Origin: a virus
Lineage: Duplodnaviria; Caudoviricetes
Reading direction: 5' to 3' (one strand)
Virus record (IMG/VR): IMGVR_UViG_3300012667_000244
Location: 1-64,000 of that record
Length of the DNA stretch: 64,000 nucleotides
A program made the position numbers and the translations under genes. Of this stretch, positions 27,496-48,472 are shown in pieces. The notes under the pieces are model-generated. The model saw nothing but the letters and a program-made list of their open reading frames with translations. It had not been told where the DNA came from and searched no databases. How positions within the stretch are numbered: position 1 is the first letter of the stretch; every line of letters starts with the position of its first letter.

Positions 27496-28472
27496 TAGTT
27501 CAAGAACTCCCATACAACTGGACCAATTGCTGTACAAACTTGCACTGCTGATTCAGTAGTATTGTACACGATCATTCCAATCTCTACGCCAGTTAAATCA
27601 TCACGGACAGTTGTTGACATAGTTGGTAGTTTTGGGATACCGACAAATGTTACTTTGTCACTAGACGCATTACCTAATGTAGTAGGACCGTTAGCAATCA
27701 AGTTTCCGTTAACTGTTACATCGTTAGTAATAGTTGCACTGTTAATTACTGCGTCGTCTAAGTTAGTTAACCCGCTAACCTCAAGTGCTGCCGCTGTTAA
27801 TTGAACAACTTCGGTGTCGCCTTCAACTGTTAAGTTACCAACAATGTTTTTGTTGTTAGTAGGAGTAGTAAATTTACCAACTTGGCACACATATACAGTT
27901 GTTCCGCCGTCGTATGTCCATGCTTCAATAACAACTGGAATATTGTTTGTTATCGTTAATACTGGAGGAAAATCTTCAGTCTTAACAATACTACCACCTA
28001 CACTAGCAATAGTAATAACTCGGTCACCGATTGATGCTGTATTCTTTGCTAAGTGTACGCGAACTCTAGCAACTTGTGAATCTTCTGGCCAGTTACGGAA
28101 ACTTAAAGTTGCGGCGATTGCATTGTAAGAAATGTTTGTAAACGCAAAGAAGTCTGCGGTATCAACATCTGCATACATGGTACTGTTACCATCTTCTTCG
28201 CTAGATATTTGTCTTGGAAAGAAGTTAAAGTGGCTTCCGGTGTGTATTACATTATCATTTAAGTTGTTAAACGCAGGATCGTCAATAGCAAGGCCATTGT
28301 CTAATACTGTTTTTAGAACTGCTTTATCTTGTAGTTCTGTAATTTCTGTTTTAGCAGATACTAAAGCAGCCTGCATTGCCGAGAAGTTATCACGGAATCC
28401 CTGGCTGTCATTGTCTTGCCCAGCTATTGGGAAAGTTGCATCTATTGCTGCGAAGTTAATTTGGCTTGTCAT
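27495..28472 (-). CDS. Virion structural protein (baseplate/fibre)
   Basis: FPIAGQDNDSQGFRDNF N-terminus, beta-rich; TAAATA upstream. Confidence 0.6.
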   Translation of the reverse strand: MTSQINFAAIDATFPIAGQDNDSQGFRDNFSAMQAALVSAKTEITELQDKAVLKTVLDNGLAIDDPAFNNLNDNVIHTGSHFNFFPRQISSEEDGNSTMYADVDTADFFAFTNISYNAIAATLSFRNWPEDSQVARVRVHLAKNTASIGDRVITIASVGGSIVKTEDFPPVLTITNNIPVVIEAWTYDGGTTVYVCQVGKFTTPTNNKNIVGNLTVEGDTEVVQLTAAALEVSGLTNLDDAVINSATITNDVTVNGNLIANGPTTLGNASSDKVTFVGIPKLPTMSTTVRDDLTGVEIGMIVYNTTESAVQVCTAIGPVVWEFLN

Positions 28473-31400
28473 ACTGTTATCCTATCGTTTCTGAATACGA
28501 GGTATTTATCGCTCGTTAGACCCTCTACAGAATCTATTATGTATCTGTCAGCGGTGTAGTCCAATGCTTTAAAATCGAACCCGCTATACTTAATGTTTAA
28601 AATGATGTCATCTGCTTTGCCTATTTTACAATAGCAAAGCGGTACTGCTAACTGGAAGTCTAGTTCTTGATTGCTTCCAGGCTGAATGCTACGCATCCAT
28701 AACGGCAAATAATTTCGTTCTGTTGCTAGACCAGAGTCGTTATCCTGCCAGTTTTTAATATTATCACGCCAGTTGCTAATGCTACTTGGGTAATATTCGT
28801 TAATCTTAGGGTTAGACACTTCGTAACCAGTAGAGTCTACTGTTACATTGTTATCAGGGCGATATGCATCAAGGCCGCCGCGCTCTAACACTGCCTGTTG
28901 ACTAGGGTTTGAACCAGTCCAGCCACTAGCCCAAATGTTATTGCTTAGGTCAGTTGTAATTGGATTAGGTTGAAGACTCTTAGAGGTAATTACACTCGGT
29001 AATCTCTTACCGTTAGGCTCTAGTGGATCGACCATCTGTACATACACTACTTCGTAGACTGCTGTATATGTCCCTGGTAAGTACGCAACTGCTTTCTTAA
29101 TGTCGCCAAAGTGGAAACGCTTGCGTTTATGGTTTAGTCCCATTGCGCTAATATATGCTGCCGCGTCTCTAGTTTCAATGCCAGCATAAACTAACATAGC
29201 TAACTCTGTTTGGAGACCAAAACTTGGGTCGTTAGGACGATAGATACTTTCCGGAGTAAACACACTTGTATTGTTAATAAACTCCTTCCACGACTCACGC
29301 TGAGTAAGTTTTAAGAACGGTCTAGTTTTGATGTTAGAATAAGTTAATTGATCAGGCGTATCTACTTTGATAGTAAATGTTTTTTCGCTAGCACTAAATC
29401 CGTATTGATCTCGCGCCTTAACAGTAAATGTAAACACTTTGTCAAACTTTGTTTTGCCACCATCCAGTGTAAATTCTAGGCCGTCAACTAATGTAATACC
29501 TAAATTAACTCCGTCGCCAAACTGTCGTACTTTGCCGACTACTTCACCGTCAAGTGCAAGGCTTAGCCCGGGAGGCAAGCTGCCACCAGTTAATGTGTAT
29601 AGTAATACTGCATCTGAAACTGTACTAGTTGCTTCTAATTTAATAGTTGATACAAAGTTTGCAGTTAATGATCCTAAATCGCTGTCGCTAACCCAATCAA
29701 TTACGCTGTCTATCTCGCCAATGAGGTTCATGTAGAACAAGCGTGATGTTCTTGCAACTTCACCTGAAGGAGTGATAAATCTAATATTAACTACAGTACT
29801 GTTAGTTGTTAGTACTGACAATGGTTCTGCTAGATTAATAACAACTATTGCAGGGTCGCTATAATCAATGCTAGTTATTAATGATGGATCAATAGTTGTT
29901 TCAACTACTGAAACAGAACTTGGAGTATCAATACTTGGAGTAATCATGGCCAACAGAGTTGTGCCAGTGCCGAACACTCCTGGGTCAGTTGCAAAACTTA
30001 GAGTAATTGAAGTTGTAGTACTTGCTGTGCAAGGGAAGAATCCGTTAAACAGTGGATTACTATTTCCGGTAATTCTATAATAGTTGCCTACAGTTGGCGC
30101 AGTAGTTTCTTCAAATGTTAATTCAACAACATAATATCCGACAATAGTAACATCTTCAACTGATTGCGCTTGACTAACAGACCAAGTGCTGCCTGCACCT
30201 GTACCGCTAATGTTACCTACTATGTATGTGCCTGATAGTACTCCAGCACCTGATAGTACAGCACCCGGAGTGATAGTACCAGTTGTAGTACCTACAGTTA
30301 AGGTTTCTCCGTCGATTGAACTATTAGCTAGTACAAATACATCTGAAACATTGTCCACGCCTGTAACAATTAAATCGTTACCATATTCAAATGCTTGCTG
30401 ACTAGGGTCAATTTCTGTAGTAGTTACTCGAATGTTGGACACATTGTTTAATGCTAGTGCAACATCAGGGAACTCGCTAGTATTGATAATAATTTGAGAT
30501 AGGTTAAAACCTTCATTCGCTGGCGTAGCAATAAATTCGCTAACATCAGTATCGCCACTGTATCGTACAGCGTCAACAATAAATCTATAAACTTTGCTAA
30601 TTGCAGGCTGGTACGGGATAGCTCCGAATACTTCACCCGATGCTTGATCAAAACTAGTGCCCGGCGGAATACCGTAATTGGCCCATTTAGTAATGTCAAT
30701 TTCGTTATTTGAGTTGTGTGCTTCAATACAAACTAAGCTGTTACCATTTTCTAAAGCATCTAAAACAATGTCACCATATACATAGTTTGTATTTTGTGTC
30801 CATAGTTCAGTTGCTGCCTTTAGTTCATAAACAATACCTTCTGTATCGTAGGTATCTAACATTACTGTTACATAATTGTTAGCACGATAAGTTCCTAAGT
30901 TAGCAGGAGTTGACCAAATAGGTGCTTTTAAATAAGTGACGTCAGCGGTAAACTGTGAGCTACCATCTAACCAGTTAGTGTTGTCAGCACGGAAGTAATC
31001 ATCGCCTACAACAAAGATAGCAAACTTTCGTTTAGCAATACTGTCACCATCTGTTAATGTAACAATGAATTCGTAATTCTGATTTAACTTTCTTGGACGA
31101 ACGCTTGGTAAACTATAGTCAAAGAATTGTTGATCGTAGACATAGCTGTCAAATCCGTTACTTGGTCGATAAGCAAAGTCAAATGCTACACTGTCAAAAA
31201 AGCTGTTATCGTAAGTACCATCGCCGTCTGCCGGTGTGACACTAATTGACGGCTGCACAAATCCTACAATTCTACCATCAGTAGTTAAAGTTAGGCCAGG
31301 TGGTAATCGTCCATCATTGTCTGCAATAAAGTAACTAAGTCGTTGACCAGTTGCCAGGTCAGCATCAAATGCTTCAAGTTGATAATCAACATAAGTGCTG

Positions 31401-31762
31401 TCGATAGTGTACAGCTGATTATTAGTACCAATGTCTAAATATCCTGCCTGTGTAACAAACTCAGGAGCATCAGCACCGCTTACATTAATTTTAAATGTTC
31501 TGTCGGCAAATTCAGTTGCATTACCTACAGTTCGACTAGCTCGTATGCAAAAGCTAAAAACACTTTCGCGAGCTACATCAAAGCTAGTACCGACAATATG
31601 ATTGCCTACAATTCTTAGACCCGGAGGTAATGCTCCAGAGATTACAGTGTAAGTAACACCGGTTACTTGAGTATCTACAGGCAATGCTATATCAGTCGCT
31701 TCTCTTTCGTTAAGCGACCCTAGCAAATATCCTGACGATTTAGTCCATAGAGTGAGTGCCAT
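28469..31762 (-). CDS. Baseplate wedge-like protein with Ig-like (He_PIG-type) repeats
   Basis: Repeated GxLPPGLxL..G.I.G motifs. Confidence 0.65.
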   Translation of the reverse strand: MALTLWTKSSGYLLGSLNEREATDIALPVDTQVTGVTYTVISGALPPGLRIVGNHIVGTSFDVARESVFSFCIRASRTVGNATEFADRTFKINVSGADAPEFVTQAGYLDIGTNNQLYTIDSTYVDYQLEAFDADLATGQRLSYFIADNDGRLPPGLTLTTDGRIVGFVQPSISVTPADGDGTYDNSFFDSVAFDFAYRPSNGFDSYVYDQQFFDYSLPSVRPRKLNQNYEFIVTLTDGDSIAKRKFAIFVVGDDYFRADNTNWLDGSSQFTADVTYLKAPIWSTPANLGTYRANNYVTVMLDTYDTEGIVYELKAATELWTQNTNYVYGDIVLDALENGNSLVCIEAHNSNNEIDITKWANYGIPPGTSFDQASGEVFGAIPYQPAISKVYRFIVDAVRYSGDTDVSEFIATPANEGFNLSQIIINTSEFPDVALALNNVSNIRVTTTEIDPSQQAFEYGNDLIVTGVDNVSDVFVLANSSIDGETLTVGTTTGTITPGAVLSGAGVLSGTYIVGNISGTGAGSTWSVSQAQSVEDVTIVGYYVVELTFEETTAPTVGNYYRITGNSNPLFNGFFPCTASTTTSITLSFATDPGVFGTGTTLLAMITPSIDTPSSVSVVETTIDPSLITSIDYSDPAIVVINLAEPLSVLTTNSTVVNIRFITPSGEVARTSRLFYMNLIGEIDSVIDWVSDSDLGSLTANFVSTIKLEATSTVSDAVLLYTLTGGSLPPGLSLALDGEVVGKVRQFGDGVNLGITLVDGLEFTLDGGKTKFDKVFTFTVKARDQYGFSASEKTFTIKVDTPDQLTYSNIKTRPFLKLTQRESWKEFINNTSVFTPESIYRPNDPSFGLQTELAMLVYAGIETRDAAAYISAMGLNHKRKRFHFGDIKKAVAYLPGTYTAVYEVVYVQMVDPLEPNGKRLPSVITSKSLQPNPITTDLSNNIWASGWTGSNPSQQAVLERGGLDAYRPDNNVTVDSTGYEVSNPKINEYYPSSISNWRDNIKNWQDNDSGLATERNYLPLWMRSIQPGSNQELDFQLAVPLCYCKIGKADDIILNIKYSGFDFKALDYTADRYIIDSVEGLTSDKYLVFRNDRITV

Positions 31763-31764
31763 TA

Positions 31765-32337
31765 TTAAGCAATGCTACCAAAGTTTAATTTAATTAGTGA
31801 AGGATTTAAGATAGTACCACTACCTAAATCAAAGCCGTCGTACGGTCCGGTGCCACCTGTTGGCAATAATATTGATCCAAAGTCTAGGTTAAACATATTA
31901 CTAAACATTAGTAATTCTAAAATGTTTACAACATCTAACATTTTAACACCATTAATTGTGATGTTATTATTGCTATCACCAATGTTACCAATGCCTACGA
32001 TGTCGTGATCATTTAAGTCTAAGTTGCCGCCTAGTTGCGGAGTGGTATCTTCAACAATACTAGCGAATGATGTAATATCTAAAGTAGTCTCACTTTCACC
32101 TAAAAATGGTTCTATTTGTACACTACCGTCAGAACTTTTTAATGTTTTAAACTGTAAAGTTGCAACATTTTTACCCTTATAAACACCAACGCCAGTGCCA
32201 ACATTTTCTGCACCGTTAACTGCGGCGTCTGTACTTAATGCTGTAAAGTTAGCATTAACTTTTTCGAACGCTGTGCGTAAATCATCACCTGTGCCGTCGT
32301 TAGCGTACCCGCCGATGTTAATAGTTTGAATTGCCAT
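31765..32337 (-). CDS. Baseplate protein with T4 gp9/gp10-like N-terminus
   Basis: INIG..ANDGTGDDLRTAFEKVNANF. Confidence 0.65.
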   Translation of the reverse strand: MAIQTINIGGYANDGTGDDLRTAFEKVNANFTALSTDAAVNGAENVGTGVGVYKGKNVATLQFKTLKSSDGSVQIEPFLGESETTLDITSFASIVEDTTPQLGGNLDLNDHDIVGIGNIGDSNNNITINGVKMLDVVNILELLMFSNMFNLDFGSILLPTGGTGPYDGFDLGSGTILNPSLIKLNFGSIA

Positions 32338-32370
32338 TATCGTCTCTCTTTAGTGTATTTACCGTTTTTA

Positions 32371-34859
32371 TTACCAAGCATCACTGCCTGTAGTTTTACG
32401 CCAAATGGATGTTAATCCGTCTGTATAGTTCGCTATGCAGTAATAAAAGTCACCAGTTGCGCTATCAATAGCAACCATACCCTTAGTATCACCAGTTGTT
32501 CCAAACTTAGTAGTTGGAACAGTTTGCAATTCTAATGCACCAGTACCACCCCCTACTATGCCTAATACACTATCTCCGTTGCTGTCAACAATATCACCAC
32601 CTGCTGGTAATGTTAAGTTTCCATTGTCACCAAACTTCCAAGCCTTGGTAATTCCGCTAGTATTTGTTCCAATTACGAAGCCATCAGTAAATGGGTTATA
32701 TGAAATACCGGCTCTTTCTTGCCCGCCTTCTTGCCATTTGATTGCATGTTCAGTAACTAGCTGACCGGCAGTGTCTAATGTAATTGAATTACTACCAGCA
32801 GTAAACGTCATATCAGCGCTGGCGGCTATTCCCCCGGGTATAGTTAATGCACCAGCAGTATTGTCAAATGTCCAGCGATATTCGTTAGTGCCTGTTAGAT
32901 TTAATAGCTCAATGCTAAAGTCTCTGTAAACATCTCCTTCACCTACTACTGCGGTTTCACTGCTTAACAATGCGCCACCTGGTGCTCGAAGTGTTCCAGT
33001 AGTATTGTTAAAGGCCCACTCTTGTGTCACGCTATCTGGATCAGTGAATGTGTATGTAGTACCTTGAACAAAGGTAGCACCGTCAACTGTAATTCTATAT
33101 TGATTAGCAGGTGGTGCTGGATCTATACTAATAACAGTATACGGAGTTCCGCCTACACTAACAGTCCATCCTACTTGTACTACAATAATATCGTCAACAA
33201 ATTCTATATCTGCAACAAACTCACTACCGTTGGCAATGTAACATTCTGCTGATACAGTAGGTCTATGTCTAACGCCTAGCACTAAATCATGATCGATAGC
33301 AGAGAATGTTTGACTACCAGTAGTAAAAGCACCGTCTGGATATTCTAATATACCAGGCCCTTGATCTGTAGTAAATCTCCAGTTCGTTGCCTCTATACCG
33401 TCTAGTTCGATTTCTAACTGTCCGTAAAGACTACCTGTTGATTTAATTCTAGCACCATCTGGAAGTACTAAGTGGCCGTCTGTTCCAAATACAAACGATT
33501 GATCATTAGCTGTAAGTTTAATGGCACCTAATGTGGCAACTGTGCTCGGATATTCAGGCGGCTCTGCAACTGCTAGGTTAGCAGTCCAACCTTCACCTTC
33601 TATAATATCGGTTAATATTAAACTAAATGTATAACCCGGGATGCCGTGATCTGCTTCTACATATACAAATTCATCTCCAGCGATGTAACCTGGATTACTA
33701 GGCCAAGTAGGGTTGTTGATTGCTGTTTGTACAGTACCGTTTGGATTTACCTGAAACTCTACTTGAAACTCCCACGGAGCATCGGTAAGTCCGACACCTC
33801 GAGTCATGTGCTCACTATCTAATACTGGGTAAAAAGTTAGCGGCAACATTAGTGGCGTTTTTAAAGTTCCTGACTTATCAAACTCCCACTCTCTATCAGT
33901 AAGATTGCTTGCGGCATTGCTACGAATAGTTACAACGCCTTGTGAGCCAACAGCTAAATTAGTACCGGTTGGTTCTAAATAGCTATTGTTAGATAAAGTT
34001 ACGATGCCGGCCGTATCAACATCAAATGATCCAGTAGTCACTCCGTCAGTGCTGACTATTGATAGACCACTACCAACAGTTACTATAGTGGATGTTTCTC
34101 CACCGACTGTTTCAGTTGCAGATTTTAGTATAACTGCACCACTACCTGCTGTTACTCGACTGTAGGCTATGTTGTTAGGGCCTTCTGGATTAGAATAGCC
34201 TTCCATGGCAATACTGCTATCAGTTAATGTTAACTTTGAACCGATACTATCTGTAGAAGTAATAACACCATCGTCAACGGTTACCGCCGTGCTTTTTGTA
34301 ATAAGAATACGAGTAAGATCTATATCAATATTTGATACTATATCTGTAGTTTCTGTTGTGCCCTCGCCATTAACACTATCAGTGCTAGTATGGCCGATGA
34401 CTGAATCAGCAATCTTAAGATCATCTGGGAATGTTAAACTACCATCAGTTCCAAATGACCAAGTGCTTACTGGCCCGGTAGAATTAGCTCTAATGTTAAC
34501 ATCCCCGTCAAATGATGATAATGTTAATGGAACTGGACTCTCGTCTATATTAGGGTTGGTTCCAATCTCGGCACCTTGTACGCTGATACTATCACCAAAC
34601 GCCGCAGGAAAGTCCACCCATGCTCTATCACCGTCGACATTAAGAACAAGTTCTTTGTTTCCGTTAACTAGTCTATCAGTTGCATCAGTTGCAGTATGTG
34701 CATACAGCTCAATAAAGTTGGCTTCGGCGCGATCAATGGATTTAATTAATTTGCCAAAGGCATTTCTTAATTTATCTCCATTGTTCGCATTATCGGCAGT
34801 GCCGTTGTTAACGACTAAGTCGTTAGTGGTTGTTTCAGTTTTTAAACTTAGTCTAGTCA

Positions 34860-34860
<1 letters not shown>
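32371..34860 (-). CDS. Tail fibre/receptor-binding protein
   Basis: GDKLRNAF N-terminal motif, repeated W.F..DG.L.FP units, C-terminal G..GD..G...YYC...W motif. Confidence 0.65.
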
Positions 34861-45086
<10,226 letters not shown>

Positions 45087-45159
45087 TTAAACTCCGAAGC
45101 TGAATTGTTAGTTCGATATGATATTTATCAAACGCATTTTGTAATCTTAATGTAAATAC

Positions 45160-45450
45160 ATGATGTTCATAAAAACTGAATATGTTATTACAGAACACAT
45201 TAGACCTAGTAAATTAGGACAAGACCACACTTATCGACGAAAGAAAACTGTGTTGGTATTCAGGTGTGACTCTTGTGGAGAGACATTTACTCGTGATAAA
45301 GGATCTATGAGTCCGGAACGGGTAAGTAATAACTTCTACCATGTATGCAGTAATTGCAATGCTAAGAAGTTTGCTCAAGAGAAGGGAGTAGAGCGTAGAA
45401 AGATTTGGGATATGCCGGTAAGCAGCCTAAAGAACATCGGCCATTTATAA
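45160..45450 (+). CDS. Small Zn-ribbon protein
   Basis: CDSC...CSNC; TAAATA immediately upstream. Confidence 0.7.
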   Translation: MMFIKTEYVITEHIRPSKLGQDHTYRRKKTVLVFRCDSCGETFTRDKGSMSPERVSNNFYHVCSNCNAKKFAQEKGVERRKIWDMPVSSLKNIGHL

Positions 45451-45487
45451 TATGGTCATAAATAAAAACCTAAGGGAGGAACATAAA

Positions 45488-45751
45488 ATGTTCGGATTTA
45501 TTAAAAAATTATTTGGTGCTACACCAGTTGAAAAGAAAGCGGAAGAGTGCCCAGTAATGTCAGCACCGTATAAAGTAGAGGCAGCACCTGCACCGGAACC
45601 AACTCCGGCAGTAGAGGCAGCACCTGCTAAGAAGGCACCTGCTAAGAAGGCACCTGCTAAGACAGCGCCAGCAAAAAAGCCAGCCGCAAAAAAGCCAGGT
45701 ATCGCTAAACCTAAAGCTCCAAGAAAGCCAAAGGCTAAGCCAGCGAAATAA
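45488..45751 (+). CDS. Histone H1-like Lys/Ala/Pro-rich protein
   Basis: APAKK repeats; GGAGG SD before the ATG at 45488. Confidence 0.7.
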   Translation: MFGFIKKLFGATPVEKKAEECPVMSAPYKVEAAPAPEPTPAVEAAPAKKAPAKKAPAKTAPAKKPAAKKPGIAKPKAPRKPKAKPAK

Positions 45752-45791
45752 CCTCTCAATGCGAACCGGCATAGCTGGTGCAAATTGATAT

Positions 45792-45820
45792 AAGAAAAGC
45801 ACCCTCGGGTGCTTTTTCTT
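45792..45820. terminator. Bidirectional intrinsic terminator
   Basis: AAAAGCACC-CTCG-GGTGCTTTT between convergent genes. Confidence 0.85.
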
Positions 45821-46830
45821 TACTTGTACTCTTTCTTTAGTTCCTGCGATGCTAGGTTTTTGCCTTTGCTTTCGCACATAATATCAAACTTATCCCAGAA
45901 GCTAAGAGCCCACTGGTTAACAGCCTTGTTCCAGTAAAAGTCAGAATGTGCTCGCATTTTCTGCTTTTTGTAACCACTCATAAGCAACGCTGAGTGATCG
46001 GGCAGAGTTTTTGTACAATGTCCGACGAGGACGTCTTCTCTTGAAACTGAGTAGTGTAGAGTAGGGCGAACGCCGCGCCAACTATCAATAACCTGTTTAA
46101 CACTATCGCTATCAGCATCAATGTACTCTCCTTCTCGGATCCAATTATGATGTATATCGAGCACAATAGGTACAATATCAGATATAGTGAGACAATCATT
46201 TAACCCCCATGAGTTTTCTTCGTTTTCGATTGTAATGCAGTTACGAGCTTCTTGTGAAAGGCGCTTGTAAGCCTTGCGGATACCTTCAGGGCCTTGTTTA
46301 CCTGAGATATGTACATTAATTTTAAAGTCTTGAAATGTTTTACCATAGCCCATCATACGAGCCATGTCTGCATGATACTCGAATTCTTCTATGCTACGGT
46401 CAACAATACCAGGGTTTTCGCTAGCAAGAACAGTGAACTGGCCAGGGTGCATACTAAGCCTAACATTAGAACTGCTTGCACAATCGCCAACCCTAGCGAA
46501 TTCCTTTTCCATATAAGCACGGACATCTGGTAAGCGCCAAAAGTAAGCATAGTCAGACTGAGTGTAAACAGGAAGTATATCACTGCTAAGCCGAACCATT
46601 CGGGATTGTTCATCTAATTTACCTACTCTTTCTACAAGTTTGCGTGTAGACTCGATGTTACCTTTCATCAAGTCCCACAGTTTTTCTTCAGCTACTTGTT
46701 CGCTTTGTCGGCGAAGCCAAGCGACAGTTGTGCTTCCAGTGTTGTATTGTTTAGCATCATCTTTTTTATCAATGCCATTTACTTGGTCAGGACGATCAAT
46801 CCATTTACAAGCAAATCCAATCTTTTTCAT
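45820..46830 (-). CDS. uvsE: UV damage endonuclease
   Basis: IGFAC, RLSSD, RLSMHPGQF, IENEE, LDIHH, HYS, AHSD, MCESK. Confidence 0.92.
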   Translation of the reverse strand: MKKIGFACKWIDRPDQVNGIDKKDDAKQYNTGSTTVAWLRRQSEQVAEEKLWDLMKGNIESTRKLVERVGKLDEQSRMVRLSSDILPVYTQSDYAYFWRLPDVRAYMEKEFARVGDCASSSNVRLSMHPGQFTVLASENPGIVDRSIEEFEYHADMARMMGYGKTFQDFKINVHISGKQGPEGIRKAYKRLSQEARNCITIENEENSWGLNDCLTISDIVPIVLDIHHNWIREGEYIDADSDSVKQVIDSWRGVRPTLHYSVSREDVLVGHCTKTLPDHSALLMSGYKKQKMRAHSDFYWNKAVNQWALSFWDKFDIMCESKGKNLASQELKKEYK

Positions 46831-47657
46831 ATTTTAGCTTTCGGGTATTTTTTTCTAAACGAGTTAAACAAATCTGTGATAATTCTAATCTTGTTACCTA
46901 CGCTGTCCGTTTTGGGAAAGCGACTGTGATTAGAGTACACATACGCATCTTCAATTTCTAAGTCTACCGGAGTAGCTGTATCAATTATAAGCTCAACTCC
47001 ACCCTTTGTCAACAGACTTCGGCTGATCGGAACATATTGGACTAACGGAGTTCCAGCTTTAACCAAAGTATCACCTTCTAGCACATGCCACAATAATTGG
47101 ACGCTAACTGAGTGCATGTATCGAGGATCAACTATACCAATTGCCGCAGTAAATCGGGCTTCGTTATTGTAAGAAACTGGAATTTGTAATAATACAATAT
47201 CGTCACTTGCTTTGATTCTCCAAGGAGTCTCAACTTTAACAGCGGCATGTAGACATGCTCGATCTGTACTTGGAATTTCTCGTGGGATAATTGGCTCAGT
47301 TTGAGCTGGGCTGTGCCAGCTAACATAATAATCAGTGCCGCTGAATGTGTATTTTCCCGAGTGGCGTTTAAATAAGAACGGAGTTTCCCAGCTCAGATTT
47401 TCTATATGCGGCCCCGTCTTAATAATAAAGTCAGCAGGTGCTCTAAGAACATATCCGGTGGCATTTATCTGCTTAATTGCAGGGCAATTGAGAACTGTTT
47501 GATTACCTTGTTCGGGACGGTTGCGCTCTAGATTTCCTAGATTATTCCAGTCTCGCTCAGTTAACTTACTTTCAATTACTGGGTATATCGTTGAAACATT
47601 TTGATCTAGTGAATAAAATCTAACCCATGGTTTTTCTTTCTTAAACCAATTAAACAT
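46827..47657 (-). CDS. Hypothetical protein, possible dUTPase-like beta-clip/DUF6065-like
   Basis: CPAI...GY, TPW, G.VD, KAGTPLVQYVP. Confidence 0.45.
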   Translation of the reverse strand: MFNWFKKEKPWVRFYSLDQNVSTIYPVIESKLTERDWNNLGNLERNRPEQGNQTVLNCPAIKQINATGYVLRAPADFIIKTGPHIENLSWETPFLFKRHSGKYTFSGTDYYVSWHSPAQTEPIIPREIPSTDRACLHAAVKVETPWRIKASDDIVLLQIPVSYNNEARFTAAIGIVDPRYMHSVSVQLLWHVLEGDTLVKAGTPLVQYVPISRSLLTKGGVELIIDTATPVDLEIEDAYVYSNHSRFPKTDSVGNKIRIITDLFNSFRKKYPKAKI

Positions 47658-47796
47658 TATTATCCTTTGGTATCACAATGCCATACTGTTTGTACAGCCA
47701 GTCAATGAATTGCTCAGTTTGTAAATTGGGCCCTACTTGACGGCTATACTCTTTGTAGGCAATGGTCACTCTTTCTAACCATTGCTTGTCGTTCAT
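47650..47796 (-). CDS. Small hypothetical protein (48 aa, MNDKQWLERV...)
   Basis: Missing from the track; ATGA overlap with the queD stop and fills the gap. Confidence 0.65.
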   Translation of the reverse strand: MNDKQWLERVTIAYKEYSRQVGPNLQTEQFIDWLYKQYGIVIPKDNNV

Positions 47797-48371
47797 GCTT
47801 CGTAGCTACCTGAATTTGCACCGTGTTCAAATACTTCTACACTACGAAGTTTAACACCTTGCCCAACTGGGTAACGGTTTTCGAATGTTTTAGTGTTGCC
47901 TTGTGCGTCAACATAACTCCAGCTTTCGCCTCGTTGATAAGTTTCGAGAATATCAACCATTGTGTTGAAAGCATATTCGCTAAACTTTTCGCAACCAACT
48001 GCTGGAACAATACGCAAGTCACATACTGCTCTGCGTTCGTGCGGTTTTACTTTATTAATTGCACCAGTTCCGCTAGTTAATGGGTCACCTAGGTTAGCCA
48101 TTTGTTGGAAGAACGCTAGTTGTGGATCATCTTCTGCAATTACCAAAGTGTGATCAAACATGTGCTCGCTCCACTCTTTAAACGCTTTGAGACCACCGAA
48201 GTCCATAACCCAGTTACGGCTATCCAATGTTTCAGCTTCAAAAATTAGTTTGATGCCAATTGAGTAGCCGTGTAGTGTTGAGCAGTGGCTATGTGTTGAG
48301 CGCCACTGTCTAAAACAGCAAGATAGACCTCTGTCGTTGCCGTATGTTTTTGTTGATAGATATTTTGCCAT
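47793..48371 (-). CDS. queD: 6-carboxytetrahydropterin synthase (QueD/PTPS)
   Basis: CSTLHGY, WVMDFG, FDH, CEKF, VEVFE. Confidence 0.88.
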   Translation of the reverse strand: MAKYLSTKTYGNDRGLSCCFRQWRSTHSHCSTLHGYSIGIKLIFEAETLDSRNWVMDFGGLKAFKEWSEHMFDHTLVIAEDDPQLAFFQQMANLGDPLTSGTGAINKVKPHERRAVCDLRIVPAVGCEKFSEYAFNTMVDILETYQRGESWSYVDAQGNTKTFENRYPVGQGVKLRSVEVFEHGANSGSYEA

Positions 48372-48390
48372 TGTTTAGTTTCCTTGTTAA

Positions 48391-48438
48391 CAATGACATG
48401 CAGAGTTTATATTGCGGGATGAATGCCTAAGACCGCAT
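48391..48438 (-). ncRNA. Candidate preQ1-I-like riboswitch (H-type pseudoknot) in the queD leader
   Basis: UGCGG-UCUUAGGCAUUCAUC-CCGCA-AUAUAAACUCUGCAUGUC, followed by the SD. Confidence 0.5.
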
Positions 48439-48444
48439 AATATA

Positions 48445-48472
48445 ATTATACAGGATTATTTCTTATTGTCAA
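48445..48472 (-). promoter_or_regulatory. Consensus sigma70 promoter TTGACA-16-TATAAT
   Basis: Read directly; predicted start about 48438. Confidence 0.8.
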
